Shown in pieces: positions 36,676 through 49,960 of a stretch of 64,000 bases of DNA (the first letter of the stretch is position 1; every line of letters begins with the position of its first letter). Source of the stretch: Octopus sinensis (taxonomy: Eukaryota); the NCBI RefSeq assembly GCF_006345805.1, contig NC_043019.1:31247360-31311359 (forward strand), in the 5' to 3' direction. The notes under the pieces are model-generated. The model was not told where the DNA came from, made no database searches, and saw nothing but the letters and a program-made list of their open reading frames with translations. Made by a program: the position numbers and the translations under genes.

Positions 36676-37059
36676 TTAAGAGAGTTCCCATCATCATCAT
36701 CATCATCATTTAGCATCCGCTTTCCATAGGTTGGATGGTCTGAGATAAAACTGGCTTGGAGGGAACTGTCCAGAATCCAATTATCGGTTGGATACCTTTC
36801 CTGATGCTAATGTTTGTAAATATTTGGTTGCGTTGGTGTGTTGTCTGAACCATCAATGCATACACACCAAAATGTACAGGTCTATTCCTTTAAAGAATCT
36901 CAGATGGCGAATCTTCGGAATGTCTTACAAATCTTCACTATGCCACAAATAGATTCGATTTGGAGAATTCAAATAATTTTCTTTTGTTCTTTCTTCATAA
37001 AATTTAGTGTTTATAGTTTGTTTGTTTTTTTCTTTTGTGTAAACTTGTATTCTTTTTAT

Positions 37060-37885
37060 TGCCCACAAGGGGATAAACATAGAGGGGACAAACAAGGAAA
37101 GACAAAGGGATTAAGTCGATTACAATGACCCCAGTGCATAACGGGTACTTAATTTATCGACCCCGAAAGGATGAAAGGCAAAGTCGACCTTGGCAGAATT
37201 TGAACTCAGAACATAACTGCAGACGAAATACCGCTAAGCATTTCACCTGGTGTGCTAACGGTTCTGCTAGCTCACCCACCATCCGAGCACGATCGTTGCC
37301 AGAGCAGTTAACTGGCTTCCATGCCAGTGGCATGTAAAAAGCACCATTGAAGTGTGATCATTACCAGAGTCACCTTACTGGCACATGAAAAAAACATTTG
37401 AGCGAGGTCGTTGTCAGTGCCGCTGGACTGGCTCTTGTGCAGGTGGCATGTAAAAAACATCATTTGAGCATGGCCATTGCCAGTACTGCCTGACTGGCCC
37501 TCATGCCTGTGGCATGTAAAAGCAACTACTACATTCTCGGAGTGACTGGCATTACGAAGGGCATCCAGCTGTAGAAATATTGCCAGATCAGATTGGAGCC
37601 TGATGCAGCCATCTAGTTTGCCAGTCCTCAGTCAAATCGTCCAACCCATGCTAGCATGAAAAGCGGACATTAAATATTGATGATGATGATGATGATAGGT
37701 ACAAATGTAAGTATGGGTAATCATCTTCATCATTGTCGTTTAACGTTTACTTTTCATACTGGCATTGGTTGGACGGTTTGACTGAGGGCTGGCAAACCAG
37801 AAGGCTGCACCAGGCTTCAATCTAATCTGGCAAGGTTTCTACAGCTGGATGCCCTTCCTAACGCCAACCACACCAAGAGTCTAGT
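37060..37885. mobile_element. SINE cluster: family B (-), family D (+, ~37290-37695), family D (-, ~37730-37880)
   Basis: Family motifs as above. Confidence 0.8.
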
Positions 37886-38230
37886 ATATATGTATCTATG
37901 TATGTATTATGTATATATGTATTTATCCATGTAAGCATGTATGTACATATAAGCATGTTTGTGAGTGTGTGCATGTGTGTGTGTGTGTTACTGTCACATT
38001 GTACTGATAATAAATATACCAAGTTGATAGGAAGTTATTTGAGAGTGATTTAGCAGCTTTTTTATCTTCATTCATTATTATGTCGAGACGTTGTTATTCA
38101 TTTACAGTTCTGCTACCGATCTGCAAGTGAGCCGAATGGGACATTTGATAGAGATGTATGCGTCCCAGATTCGGACATAAGTATAGAAGACACCTAATTG
38201 ATTCATTGATTAGAAATCTCTAGGGTAGAT

Positions 38231-38625
38231 ACTGCTACTACTACTACTACTAACACCACCACCACCACTACCACTGCCACCACCACTTCTACTACTACTG
38301 CTGCTATGGCTACTACTATCACCCCCACCCCCACCACTACCACCACAGGCGCCGCCGCCGCCACTGCCACCACAGGCGCCGCCGCCGCCATTGCCACCAC
38401 CAACACCACCACCACTACTACTACTACTACTAACATGACCACCACTAGCACCACCACCATCGCTACTGCTGCTGCTACTATTACTACTACTACGACGACA
38501 ATGACACCCCCACCACAACTACTACTACAACAATGACAATGATGATGACGACGACAACCACTACCACCACCACCACCACCACCACCACCAATACTACTAC
38601 TACTACTACTACTACTATTACTACT
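38231..38625. repeat. (CAC/TAC/GCC)n compound trinucleotide microsatellite
   Basis: Direct reading. Confidence 0.95.
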
Positions 38626-38991
38626 AAGCAATATGATATGACATCTAGTTATCTGAAATTTTTTGGTTAGTTACACTCACTCACATGCACACACACATAC
38701 ACACACATGTCCACACACACACACACATACACACATGCATGCATGCACACCCACAAACACACACACACATTTTGACTTTATTCCGTTATCGAAAATATTC
38801 AATTATGTTCAACAATGCTTTTTAACAGAAATGTGTTCCCCCAAAGGAAATTCATTCTCATTCACTGCTTGATGTAACGGAAACCATAAGTAAAACAACA
38901 ACAAAACATTTACAGATACACATTCACATATACGCACAATAGATACACACACACACATGTCTAAAAATGATGGTGATAATGATGACATATA

Positions 38992-39036
<45 letters not shown>

Positions 39037-39206
39037 ATATATATATATATATATATACAAATACATCTGTATATACATATGTACATATATATATGTGTAT
39101 GTGTGTGTATGTATGTGTGTTTGTGTGTGTGAGTGAGTGTGTGTATATTTGTGTGGTGTGATATATATATGTAGCATGGAAGGCAGATGTTAAATGATGA
39201 TGATGA

Positions 39207-39258
<52 letters not shown>

Positions 39259-39261
<3 letters not shown>

Positions 39262-42200
39262 GATTAACTGTTGAACTGGACGGACGTCTATTTGTTTCTC
39301 TCCTGAGTCAGTAGCAAGCTACACAGCTTCAAAACTAACTGACCTTAAATATATATATATTTGTAACCACGTGTTTGCCTACAAACCCGTAAGTACGTTT
39401 TCATTTAACTACAAATTGTTATATACACCTGTTTTTCTTTTAATATCCTCAAACAACCAAATAATCAAAAACTCACACCCTTAAGAGAGAACATTTATAT
39501 ATATATACACTTCTTAACTCCCAAGAAAGAATATATATATTTCAAAAATCAAAAGGAAAACAAACAAAAGAAAAACAAACATGACTAACTTGCAGGCCTG
39601 CAACAGACGAAATTGGTCTGATAACGAAATTGATGTTTTAATAAACACATGGCTCTCTCTTTCCCAAACAGAAAATCTAAATGTCTTGTGTTTGAATGAG
39701 ATTGCCGAAAAAAACATCACAAGTGGTCAACACACGATCCGTCAAACAGATTCGTAGCAAGTTGAAACATATCGAAGTATCTTTCAAACTGATAAGAGGC
39801 CATTATGAAAAGCTTCTACATATTTTCACAGTTCAAGAACAACAACAGCTAGAAAATCAGCAGCCACAACAACAACAACAACAGAATGAGCCACTCCTGG
39901 TTCCAACACAATGGCTGACCCTGACATCGGTCAGGCACAACAACAACAACAACAGCCACAGCAACAAGAACAACAACAGCCACTCCTCAACTCTAGCTTA
40001 CTAGACGATCACTAAATGCCAGTATCTTTTCACCGCTCTCACAGCAACCACCACAATTATCATCAATCATCACACACCGCTGCCACATCGTCTTCTATCA
40101 CCAAAAATACCAACAGAAAACCAAATAAGAAAAACCAGCCCTCTTCCCCCACATCACCACCTCAATACTACTGCAGTAACAAAAAATTAAAGAAACATAG
40201 GAAGCAGAATGCGCCCCCCACGGCACAAACAAGAAATCCCCAAATATGCCGCTATTCACTGCGCCAGAGACTCTGCACAAATAGTGACGCATCTTCACGC
40301 ATCTACCCGGCACTAGACGCACTACTGGCCAAGGCCAAAGCACGCATCCCACAATAACATCAAACCCCAATAGTAAATCGAAATTCAAAACACACACAAC
40401 TCGGAGTCCCAAAATCTGCCGGTATTCCCAACGTGAGAGAACATGTCTACTGAGTGACTGTCCCTTCATCATCTTCCAGGGACCCGACGCACAAACAGAA
40501 ACGGGGCCTCAAGCCAACACACAAACCTGAATAACAATAAAAATAGAAACACACCATGCTGCAGTAATGCTGGTCCAGTCTTTCAGGAAGACACAAAAAC
40601 AACAACAACAAAAGTGGAAACTACAACCCTATCCAACAGTGCAACCACACCTCCAGCCAAAAACTGCTCCCTAAGCAGGAAAATCTTTTTTAGCCATGTT
40701 GACATGGCAAAAGAGATAACAAAAACATTCTAGCCATCACTCAACACCATCCTATGCTATTACCCCAGTGCACCAATTCCCCACATTGCTGCCACTAACA
40801 CACACAAAAAATCCAAGCCCCCTGCAACAGTCAAAACCAGCCACTACACTAACCTCCACATTCCTACTCAATGCACAAGGTGTCAGCCCTTCCATCAATG
40901 CACAAAAATGGAAGGTCCAATTCATTGAAGACTGGGTTGGTAACCATTCACACCACATCCCTTTCTTCATTCTCACTGAGACCCACCTTGACAAACTCCC
41001 ACTTGGAAGCCGAAGTGAGAGTGAAGAATTTCACAACCATCCGCGCGGATCGTATCGGCAGGAGGAAGGGTGGAACTGCCATTTTCCTGCATGATTCATT
41101 TACGGCAGATGGAAATAGTATATTCTCCAACGGCTACTGTGAATCAGTCACCGTGCACAACAAAGCAATGATCTGACAGTAATTGGGCTCTATAGGCCGC
41201 CCCAAACACCCATACTGTGCTTTAAAGAATGCCTCAACAGCATTAAGTGCTTTATTCAACAGTGCCATTCTAGCAACATACTCATGATGGGAGACTTCAA
41301 TCTACCCTGTGTTGACTGGACTACAAACTGTTTGAAACCAAGCACTCCCGCCTCAACCGCTGACAAAGAAGAGCAGAGTCACTTTTCGACTTTACGAATG
41401 AGTTTTTCTTGTCCAACTTGTCCTTGCACCAACAAGACATCAGAACATTTTGGACCTAGTGTTAGTACCACACTAACACTATACATAACGTTACAGTGGA
41501 AAAAACCCTTCTTTCAGACCATGACATGGTTCTCTGTAACATGAAATTCCACCAGCCGAAAGCTAATCCTAGTGACCTTCTCCAGCCCACCCATTGACAA
41601 CATGGATCTCATAAAGCCAACTGGGATGCAATCAGGAACGAGCTATCAATGTTGACTGGTCCTTTACACATACACACATCTCCACCAACCATAAAACATC
41701 TTGGCAGATCTTTGTAGACACCGTCACAGAATATGTGCAAAACACTCCCCACCAAGACTGTGAACAAAAAGTGCAGAATCCCCCAAAACAGAAAAACCAT
41801 TATCAGAAAAATAAAAAGAACAACAAAAAAAAATTAACAAACTAAAGTACTGCCAACAGCAACACACACATTCGACGGCTATCGCACTGCTTGAATCCAA
41901 AAAATATAACCTCCAACAATGCATGAAGTCCTCATCAATAACCAAAGATCAGCTGAGGAGAAGTGGGCCATTGAAAAAATCAAACTCAACCCCAAAGTGT
42001 CTTTTCATTTGAGAGGAGGAAACGCAGGGTCACTGTCTCCACTGTAGGCCTCTAATTGACGAAACTGGCACTCTCCAAGATAATGCCAAATCCATGGCCG
42101 AGATACTGCAGAAACAATACTGCTCTGTTTTCAGCAATCCTGATATGGCGATCTGGGCTGTATCGTGATGTCAACCCCCAACACACTATATCGGACATAA

Positions 42201-43863
42201 CGTTTAGTGCCCCTGATGTCTTAGCGGCGATAAACGAAATAAAACACAATTCAGCAGTAGGCCCCGATAGGTTCCCTGCTTGTGTCCTGAAGGTGTGTCG
42301 ACACCAACTTGCATCTCCCCTTGCTAATCTGTGGAGAAACTCACTGGATGCTGGCTATATTCCAAAAAACCTTCTGTCCCAGTCTGTTGTCCCAGTTTTC
42401 AAAAAGGGAAACAAGTCCCTTGCAGTGAATTACCGTCCGATCTCACTCACCTCTCATATCATCAAGGTATTTGAGAGGGTGGTGAGATCTCAATAACCCA
42501 ATTTCTGGAAAGCAACAGACGGCTGATCTCCAACCACATGGGTTCCGTAATGGAAGGGACTGCCTAACGCAGCTCCTGCATCACTTTGAGGGGACATTTT
42601 GAGAGCTTTGGGAGAGGGCTCCAACACCGATGTCATCTACCTTGATTTCAGTAAGGCCTTCGACAGGGTCGATCACAAGATCCTATTGAAAAAAAAAAAC
42701 TACCAACATTGGTTGTCTCTGGAAAGTTACTGAAATGGATTAAGTGTTTCCTGACAGACAGATCTCAACATGTTGTAGTTGAAGGGGTAAAATCAAGCCC
42801 AGCCAAAGTCAGTAGTGGCGTTCCGCAAGGCACTGTGCTGGGCCCACTTCTTTTCATCATTTACATTAATGACATTATGACATCATCAAGCACAGCAACA
42901 TAAAAATCTTTGCAGATGACTCCAAGCTACAGAAGGTCATAAATGAGGCGAGTGACCGGACATGCCTTCAGTCAGATCTACTGGCTGTTATCCAATGGGC
43001 AGAAAAAAACAATATGCTGCTGAACGAGGATAAATTTGAGCTAATCCACTTTGGAAAAGAGGATGCCCTGAAACTCCCATACTCCCTTCCTTCAGGTGAA
43101 ACTCTCGCGGCGTCCAACAACATCAGAGACTTGGGAGTAATTGTGGACAACAACGTAAGCTGGGCACTCATATAAACACCAAAGTTGACATGGCCCGCAG
43201 AATGTGTTCCTGGATTCTCAGAACTTTCCAGTCGAGAGATATCCACACCATTATCCTTCTCTTCTCCACTTTTGCCCGACCCACCTTGAATACTGTTGTC
43301 CACTGTGGTCTCCCCACACAATACAAGGTATCAAAAAAGTCGAAGCACCTCAAAGGGCAATCACAAAAAAGATAGATATGGACAGGCCTCGACTATTGGG
43401 GTCGACTAGAAAAGCTAAAACTCTTATTCTCTCCAACGTCGTCGTGAGCGCTACATCCTCTGCATGATGTGGAAAATATTCCATCAGCATTGCCCAATGA
43501 TGTTGGCATCACCTTTAAGGTACATCCAAGGCTTGGGCCCCGTGCCATCCGCCACAAACAAAAATCGCACTCTCATCTCATAACAACAATACGGCACAAT
43601 TATTTCACCTCAATTGGCCCCGCTCTCTTTAACATTACACCAAAACACATTAAAACAGAAACTGACCTATAGGGTTCAAGAAGTCTTTGGACAGATTCCT
43701 TCAAGAAATCCCGGATAAACCCCCCTACACCCGGATATGTCTCTGTAAACAATAACTCTCATTGAGTGGGCCATAGTGCCCAAATTCTGACTTGAAAGAC
43801 TTCACCAGGTGGTGCTATTAAGTTAGATTGGCCTGGGCCAATAATGGCCGAAACCTATCAAAG
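39259..43863 (+). mobile_element. Near full-length (~4.6 kb) CR1-like LINE, heavily frameshifted: 5' UTR, ORF1 from 39581, ORF2 with APE endonuclease and RT
   Basis: APE motifs FILTETHL, RKGGTAIF and MGDFNLP. RT motifs [60 protein letters not shown] and FADDSKL. (TA)n on both flanks. Confidence 0.92.
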
Positions 43864-44429
43864 TATATATATATATATATATATATATGTTATACATATA
43901 TAATATATATATACTGTATATATATTATATATATATATATACTGTATATAATATATATATACTGTATATATATATATATATGTACAAATGTATATATAGA
44001 TGTATTTGTGTATATTATATACACACGCACACACACACACACACATGCACACACACACACACATACACTCACACACACACACACACTCACACACACACAC
44101 ACACACATGTGAATTTGCACAATTCATACAAAGACAAGCCAAAAGAAATCACTCAGACTGACCAGTGACATATATACCAAACAACATAGAAAAATACATG
44201 TATATCAAATGCCATACAACATAAATTCTTGACTGATTAGAACCATCTGTGCTTCTAGAGGACGTGTCACATTTACCAAACAGCAACTGGGACCAGTTCC
44301 ATAGGAAAAGGAACCATAATCACAAGAACCAAGAATTCTGCAAAATTGATAGGACATCAAGGAGAAGGGCAGGCTTATAATTGTAATCAGTTTGAAACAA
44401 ATCAGTTAAACTTCAATATTATGTGCATT

Positions 44430-44850
44430 TAAGGCAGCAAGCTGGCAGAATCATTAGCATGCCAGGCAAAATGTTAAGTGGTATTTTGCCTGCTGTTACG
44501 TTGTGTGTTCAAATTCCGCCGAGGTCCACTTTGCCTTTCATCCTTTCGAGGTTGATTAAATAAGTACCAGTTACGCACTGGGGTCGATATAATCGACTTA
44601 ATCCGTTTGTCTGTCCTTGTTTGTCCTCTCTGTGTTTAGCCTCTTGTGGGTAGTAAAGAAATAGGTATTTCATCTGGCATTACGTTCTGAGTTCAAATTC
44701 CATGGAGGTTGACTTTGCTTTTCATCGTTTTGGGGTCAATTAAATATGTACCAGTTTTGCTCTGGGGTCGATGTAATCGATTTAATCCCTTTGTCTGTCT
44801 TTGTTTGTCCCCTCTATGTTTAGCCCCTGGTGGGCAATAAAGAAATATTA
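44430..44850 (+). mobile_element. SINE family B with a tandemly duplicated body
   Basis: GAGTTCAAATTC...GGGGTCGAT...TTTAGCCCC block occurs twice. Confidence 0.85.
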
Positions 44851-44984
44851 TTATGTGTATTTGCTTATATTTCCTAACACTTTGAACAGTTCTGTAATAT
44901 AAATTACTTAAAATCTGAAGTTAAATGTAGTCATAAGTTACCTCCTTGGTTCCAGCCAACAAAACGGAAAAGGCATTGCTCTGG

Positions 44985-45755
44985 AGGACAGCGAGGGAGA
45001 TGCACTGAAACAACCACTCTGGCTCATAGGAATCACACTTGCAAACAGCTATCTCAACCTCGTGTGGTCAGACCAATGAAACTGTTCTGCACACACTCAT
45101 GCAATGTCCGAACATTTCAAACCTGTGGGCCTATGTCAAATGGCTGCTGTCATGTGTGGGACAAATTCGGTTTTCAGTCAAGCCTATTGTGAATATTGCC
45201 TTGCCACCTTCCTTTAACCAGGAAGGCAAGGCAGTTCTCATTGTACTGGTGGTTATGGTGAAAGAATGTGTATGGTGGACTTGATAGAAAGGTTTAGAGA
45301 CAAACACTTTCCTCTCTGGCCAACATCTCATCAACTTTTTCAAGTATTACTTGAAAAGGAAGGTGAGAATAGAGAGGGAAGTTTTGTCTAATGAAAAATT
45401 TAACAACAGGTGGGTGAATGTGGCAAGGATGGTACGCATGAATGATGGAACCACCTTGAGCATGATCCTATGAAACAAAGAGAGAAAGAGCGCTTTGCTC
45501 TCATGTTATATTTTTTTCTTGTTTCCGAGGTTACTGTGGTTCTTCATTATAGGTTTTTCTTTCTATGGATAAATCTATTCAATGTTATATTTACTCCCCC
45601 TTTTGGGAACTCTAATTGTTAAAAACAACACTTTTGTTATTTCCTTGTGTACGTGTCCCAAAACGTTTTCGACCCCTTTTGATAATTTTCAAAAAGAAAA
45701 ATTCTAAATTGTATTGTCCCCTCTGTGTTCAACACTGCATTGCTAATAAAGAAAT
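44985..45755 (+). mobile_element. Tx1/L1-clade LINE 3' fragment (C-terminal zinc finger, 3' UTR, AATAAA)
   Basis: CGQTNETVLHTLMQCPNISNLWAYVKWLL...LVVMVKECVWWT, then YLKRKVRIEREVLS...RW. Confidence 0.75.
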
Positions 45756-45764
45756 CTATCTCCA

Positions 45765-46060
45765 CCACGTTAGCGATGAGTAGGAATATGGTCTGAGGAA
45801 CCAAGAATACCAGAGGTCTCCACTGCCACAGGCTTGACCATAAACCTTGACCATAGACAGCTTGCTTTTCTCAGTCTGATGAGCATTGGAGCCTGGGCTT
45901 GTAGCTGACTGCACCAATTTGCTGCTGGAGAAGGTATCACAGCATGTGGAAGCCCAGATGAGGAACCTGCCACCATGGAATGGGAAAATTGTCATACCAT
46001 CTAGCAGGTTTATTGTCTGGAGACTGTCTTCTTATGGTACATACAGCAACAGAAGAAGTC
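45765..46060 (-). mobile_element. Remnant of a restriction-like endonuclease C-terminus, most similar to CRE-clade non-LTR elements
   Basis: DGMTIFPFHGGRFLIWASTCCDTFS...SATSPGSNAHQTEKSK, and PVAVETSGILG (degenerate (R)PDG...W D T C.DT...PVAVET pattern). Confidence 0.55.
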
Positions 46061-46353
46061 ACTACATTTTCTTTTAACATGACTTTCATGGTTGGATGAC
46101 CATTCTGGGGAGCAATCAATTGAAAACATGGAATTAGTGCTTTTTTAATTTTATCACTGGCATTGTTATATCATTGGCTGTTCATAGTGATAGTAAAGAG
46201 TGTACTGTTAATCAGTTTTTATCTGAGGTTTCTGCTATCACTGAGAGGTGACTTAGAGAGGCGCACACAGAGCCTGCAGTTCCTCCGTTTGTTTCTTCTT
46301 TCCTTGTTTGATTTATTGATTTATCTGTCTATCTATCTACCTATTTTCCTCTC

Positions 46354-46401
<48 letters not shown>

Positions 46402-46436
46402 CATGTGTTTGTTTGTGTGTGTGTATATATATATAT

Positions 46437-46467
<31 letters not shown>

Positions 46468-46939
46468 TAATAAGAGAGGGAGAGATACATACATACATAC
46501 ATACATACATGCATACATACATACATGTATATGCAGCACACACACGTACACAAACTCACACATACGCACACATAATGACATACACTTAAACACAAGCTCT
46601 TTGTTATGTAAGTGACATTGCCAGACAATATAAAAATAGAAGCAGTTACATATATTCATGTATATATATATATATATTCATGTATGTATATATATTTGTG
46701 TGTGTGTATGTATATGTATATATGTTTGGTGGGGCGATGGTGTTTCTGAAGCTACATCTATGAAAATAATGCGTGAGAGCTATAAATGTGGTTGTTTTTA
46801 TGGAATGTATGAAGATATTAATTGCCTATTCACTTTTGATAAGCACTGAAAATAGAGTATCTTTGCGATTGAAGTGACTTCACAAACCAAAGGAAATAAT
46901 TTATCACCTTCTATGCTGTCTCCTTTCATTGTTATTATT

Positions 46940-47300
46940 GTTAATTCCATTTGGAAAAGGAAAGTGAAAGTGAAGAAGGAGATACTTTCTCACAGAGAAT
47001 TTTTCAAAAAGGTGCATGCTGTGGCAAGAAATGGCTACAATAGATGGCCCTACTCCAGCATGAAATGAGCCTGAAGATGAGAAAACGACAGTTGGGTGAG
47101 GGATTGTGCTTTTGCTAGTCAGAGTAATCCAGGATCTGTAGATATCCCTTGGAGATTCTCCTGTGTCAGAGGGACTTTATCATTCCTGTGTTCACATACT
47201 TTGTATAGTATCTCATTTCATTGTCTTTTCCCTTTTACATAAAATGCTACACATATTGTGATTTCCTTTTCAGCTGTGCCCCTGTTGCAAATAAAAGAAC
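46940..47300 (+). mobile_element. Second, more diverged Tx1-like 3' remnant
   Basis: WKRKVKVKKEILSHREF resembles LKRKVRIEREVLSNEKF at ~45350; ends AATAAAAGAAC. Confidence 0.45.
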
Positions 47301-47349
47301 TTATTATTATTATATTGTTATTATCATTATTATTGTTATTATTATTATT

Positions 47350-48368
47350 CAGTAGTTTTATTTTTATAGTGTGCTTTCACTTCGCTACCGAGCACAGCTC
47401 TGTGTGCCTTGGGTATGTGCTGTGATTTGTTGTGATGCTCTGATGGTTATTGTATGGAAAGTGTTCTGCGTAGGATGTGTGCAGTGCCTAGTAGTGCAAT
47501 TTTCTGTATGTTATATGTGTTTGTAAGTCCTGGTGTTTTTGTTATGTATTTGTCTGAATATTTTTTTATCATGCCTAATGCACCTACTATGATAGGAATT
47601 GTTTCTGTTTTCAGATTCCACATTCTAGTTACCTCTATTTCCAGGTCTTTGTATTTTGAGAGTTTCTCCATTTCTTTTAGAGACACGTTGTCATCAGCCG
47701 GTATTGATACATCAATTAGAAAGCATTTTGTTTCTTCATGATCTCTGACAACTATATCTGGTCTGTTGGCCTTAATTTCTCTATCTGTGTGTATCGGCAT
47801 ATCCCAGAGTATGGTTGCTTTCTTGTTTTCTGTGACCTTTTCTGGTGTGTGCCTATACCATCTTTTTTCTGCTGTTATTCCAAAATGTTGGCATAGCTTC
47901 CAATGTATGTAGGTTCCAACTCTGTCATGTCTGTGAATATATTCCTTCTTAGCCAAGACTGGGCAGCTAGAGATAATATGATTTATTGTTTCTTGTCCAT
48001 CTCCACATATTCTGCAGTTACTTGTAATATTTCTTTTCATTACATGTTTTTGGTAATTTCTGGTGGGGAGGCTTTGGTCTTGTGCTGCAATTAAAAATCC
48101 CTCTGTTTCTGCTTTGAGTCCTGAGCTTCTCAACCATTGCTGGGATTTTTCTTTGTCTATTTCTTTTGCGTTTAGTTTAGTCCAGTATTTACCATGAAGG
48201 GGCTTTTCTTGCCATTGTTTTATCATGGTTTGTTGCTGTTCTATTTTTAGTTTGGATTTCATTTGTTTTATAGCTTTTGTTGTTTCTTCATCTTCTTCTT
48301 CTTCTTCATGTTTATTAGGTGGTATGATTTCTTGTTTGTATTTGTCAGCTTCCTTAAATACTGAGAAC

Positions 48369-48369
<1 letters not shown>
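47350..48369 (-). mobile_element. 5'-truncated Dong/R4-clade LINE (zinc knuckle + restriction-like endonuclease) inserted in (TAA)n
   Basis: Uninterrupted frame: KPLHGKY, AETEGFLIAAQDQSLPT, CRICGDGQETINHIISSC, RHDRV, NRPDIVV...IDVSIP, EKLSKYKDL, IPIIVGALG, stop at 47447. (AAT)n at both ends. Confidence 0.92.
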
Positions 48370-48412
<43 letters not shown>

Positions 48413-48539
48413 GAATGAGAGAGCAGCACAAGGTACCAAAATGATGCTGGAGTACAAATATATGATGCTCAATATACCCATCATGACAGCCCAACTGATT
48501 AGGGTACACCAGGCACATGCTTCACAACCATCATCATCA

Positions 48540-48730
48540 TCATCATCATCGTTTAACGTCCGTTTTCCGTGCTAGCACGGGTTGGACGGTTCGACCGGGG
48601 TCTGGGAAGCCAGGGGCTGCACCAGGCTCCAGTCTGATCTGGCAGAGTTTCTACAGCTGGATGCCCTTCCTAATGCCAACCACTCCGCGAGTGTAGTGCG
48701 TGCTTTTTACGTGCCACCTGCACAGGTGCC
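48540..48730 (-). mobile_element. Family D element, young copy, near-identical to 50795-50946
   Basis: CGTTTAACGTCCGTTTTCC..GCTAGCACGGGTTGGACGGTTCGACCGGGGTCTGGGAAGCC shared. Confidence 0.85.
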
Positions 48731-48788
48731 AGAAAAATAGAAAAATAAACAAATAAAATAAAGGGGGAAAAGGAAAGAAGAAAATTCT

Positions 48789-48846
<58 letters not shown>

Positions 48847-48914
48847 CATCATCATCATCATCATCATCATCAACATCATCATCATCATCATCATCATTAT
48901 CATTATTATTATTA

Positions 48915-49203
48915 TGGTTTGGTCTTATTGCTGGTAGGATTTATGTTGGTAGCAGTTTACTACCTGCAACCTTAGGTATCCACAAGTTTTCAGATGTCTT
49001 TCAATTGCTTAGAACCCTCCTGATAATTCTTGTTGTCCCTAAGAGACAAACTTTCTGTAGGAGCTCTACCAGGCATTCTATTTCAATCTCCTTCAGCCAT
49101 TTGTCTATATTTTTGCATACTGTTCCCAATGCACCAATTATTATAGTCATAACCTTTACTGTTTCCTTGCTCCAAATTCTTCCTATTTCAAATTTTAAAG
49201 GAT
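48915..49203 (-). mobile_element. Second Dong/R4-like 3' remnant (different subfamily) next to (TAA)n
   Basis: LKFEIGRIWS...IIIGALGTV...LQKVCLLGTTRIIRRVL*. Confidence 0.8.
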
Positions 49204-49232
49204 TGTGTATGTGTATACACATACACATATAC

Positions 49233-49267
<35 letters not shown>

Positions 49268-49414
49268 TATATTGAGTGACAGAACAGCACAAAGCATCAA
49301 AGTGATGCTTGAGTACAAATATATGAAACCCAATATACACATCATGACTAATTGTCTGATAAGGGTACACCCGGGCACATGCATCACAAGCATATGTGAG
49401 CAACATCATCATCA

Positions 49415-49960
49415 TCATCGTCGTCATTTAACGTCCGTTTTCCATGCTAGCATGGGTTGGACAGTTCGACCAGGGTCTGTGAAACCATGAGGCTGCACCA
49501 GGCTCCAGTCTGATCTGGCAGTGTTTCTGTAGCTGGATGCTCTTCCTAAAGCCAACCACTCTGTGAGTGTAGTGGGTGCTTTTTACATGCCTCCGGCACA
49601 GGTGCCAGGGGAGGCAGGCAACGACTACAATCGGTTGGTGCTTTTTACGTGCCACCAGCATGGGTATCACAACTACAATTTCCATTTGGATTTTTATTTT
49701 GATGTTGATGTACTTGACTCAATAGGTCTCCTCAAGCACAACAGGTCACCCTACAATGCAAGGTAAGTACAGCAGGCCGTCCTGTGAACCAAGGTACTTT
49801 GGATGGGCCATTGCTGCTATGTGAAGCTGGTGCAGGAAACAGCCATTAACTCACGTTATTTGTCAGGTCTTCGCAGTCACAGCATATCTCCAGAGGTCTC
49901 GGTCTTTCGTCATTGCCTCTGTGAGGCTCAACGTTCGAAGGTCATGCTTGACCATCTCAT
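49415..49960 (-). mobile_element. RTE-clade LINE extreme 3' fragment
   Basis: KHDLRTLSLTEAMTKDRDLWRYAVTAKT, homologous to 27600-27720. Confidence 0.8.

Noticed and set aside
38108-38197. TTTACAG followed by an open 29-codon frame (FCYRSASEPNGTFDRDVCVPDSDISIEDT*)
   Set aside because: Stops early in the phase needed to follow otoferlin exon 1, has no ferlin similarity and has no independent support.
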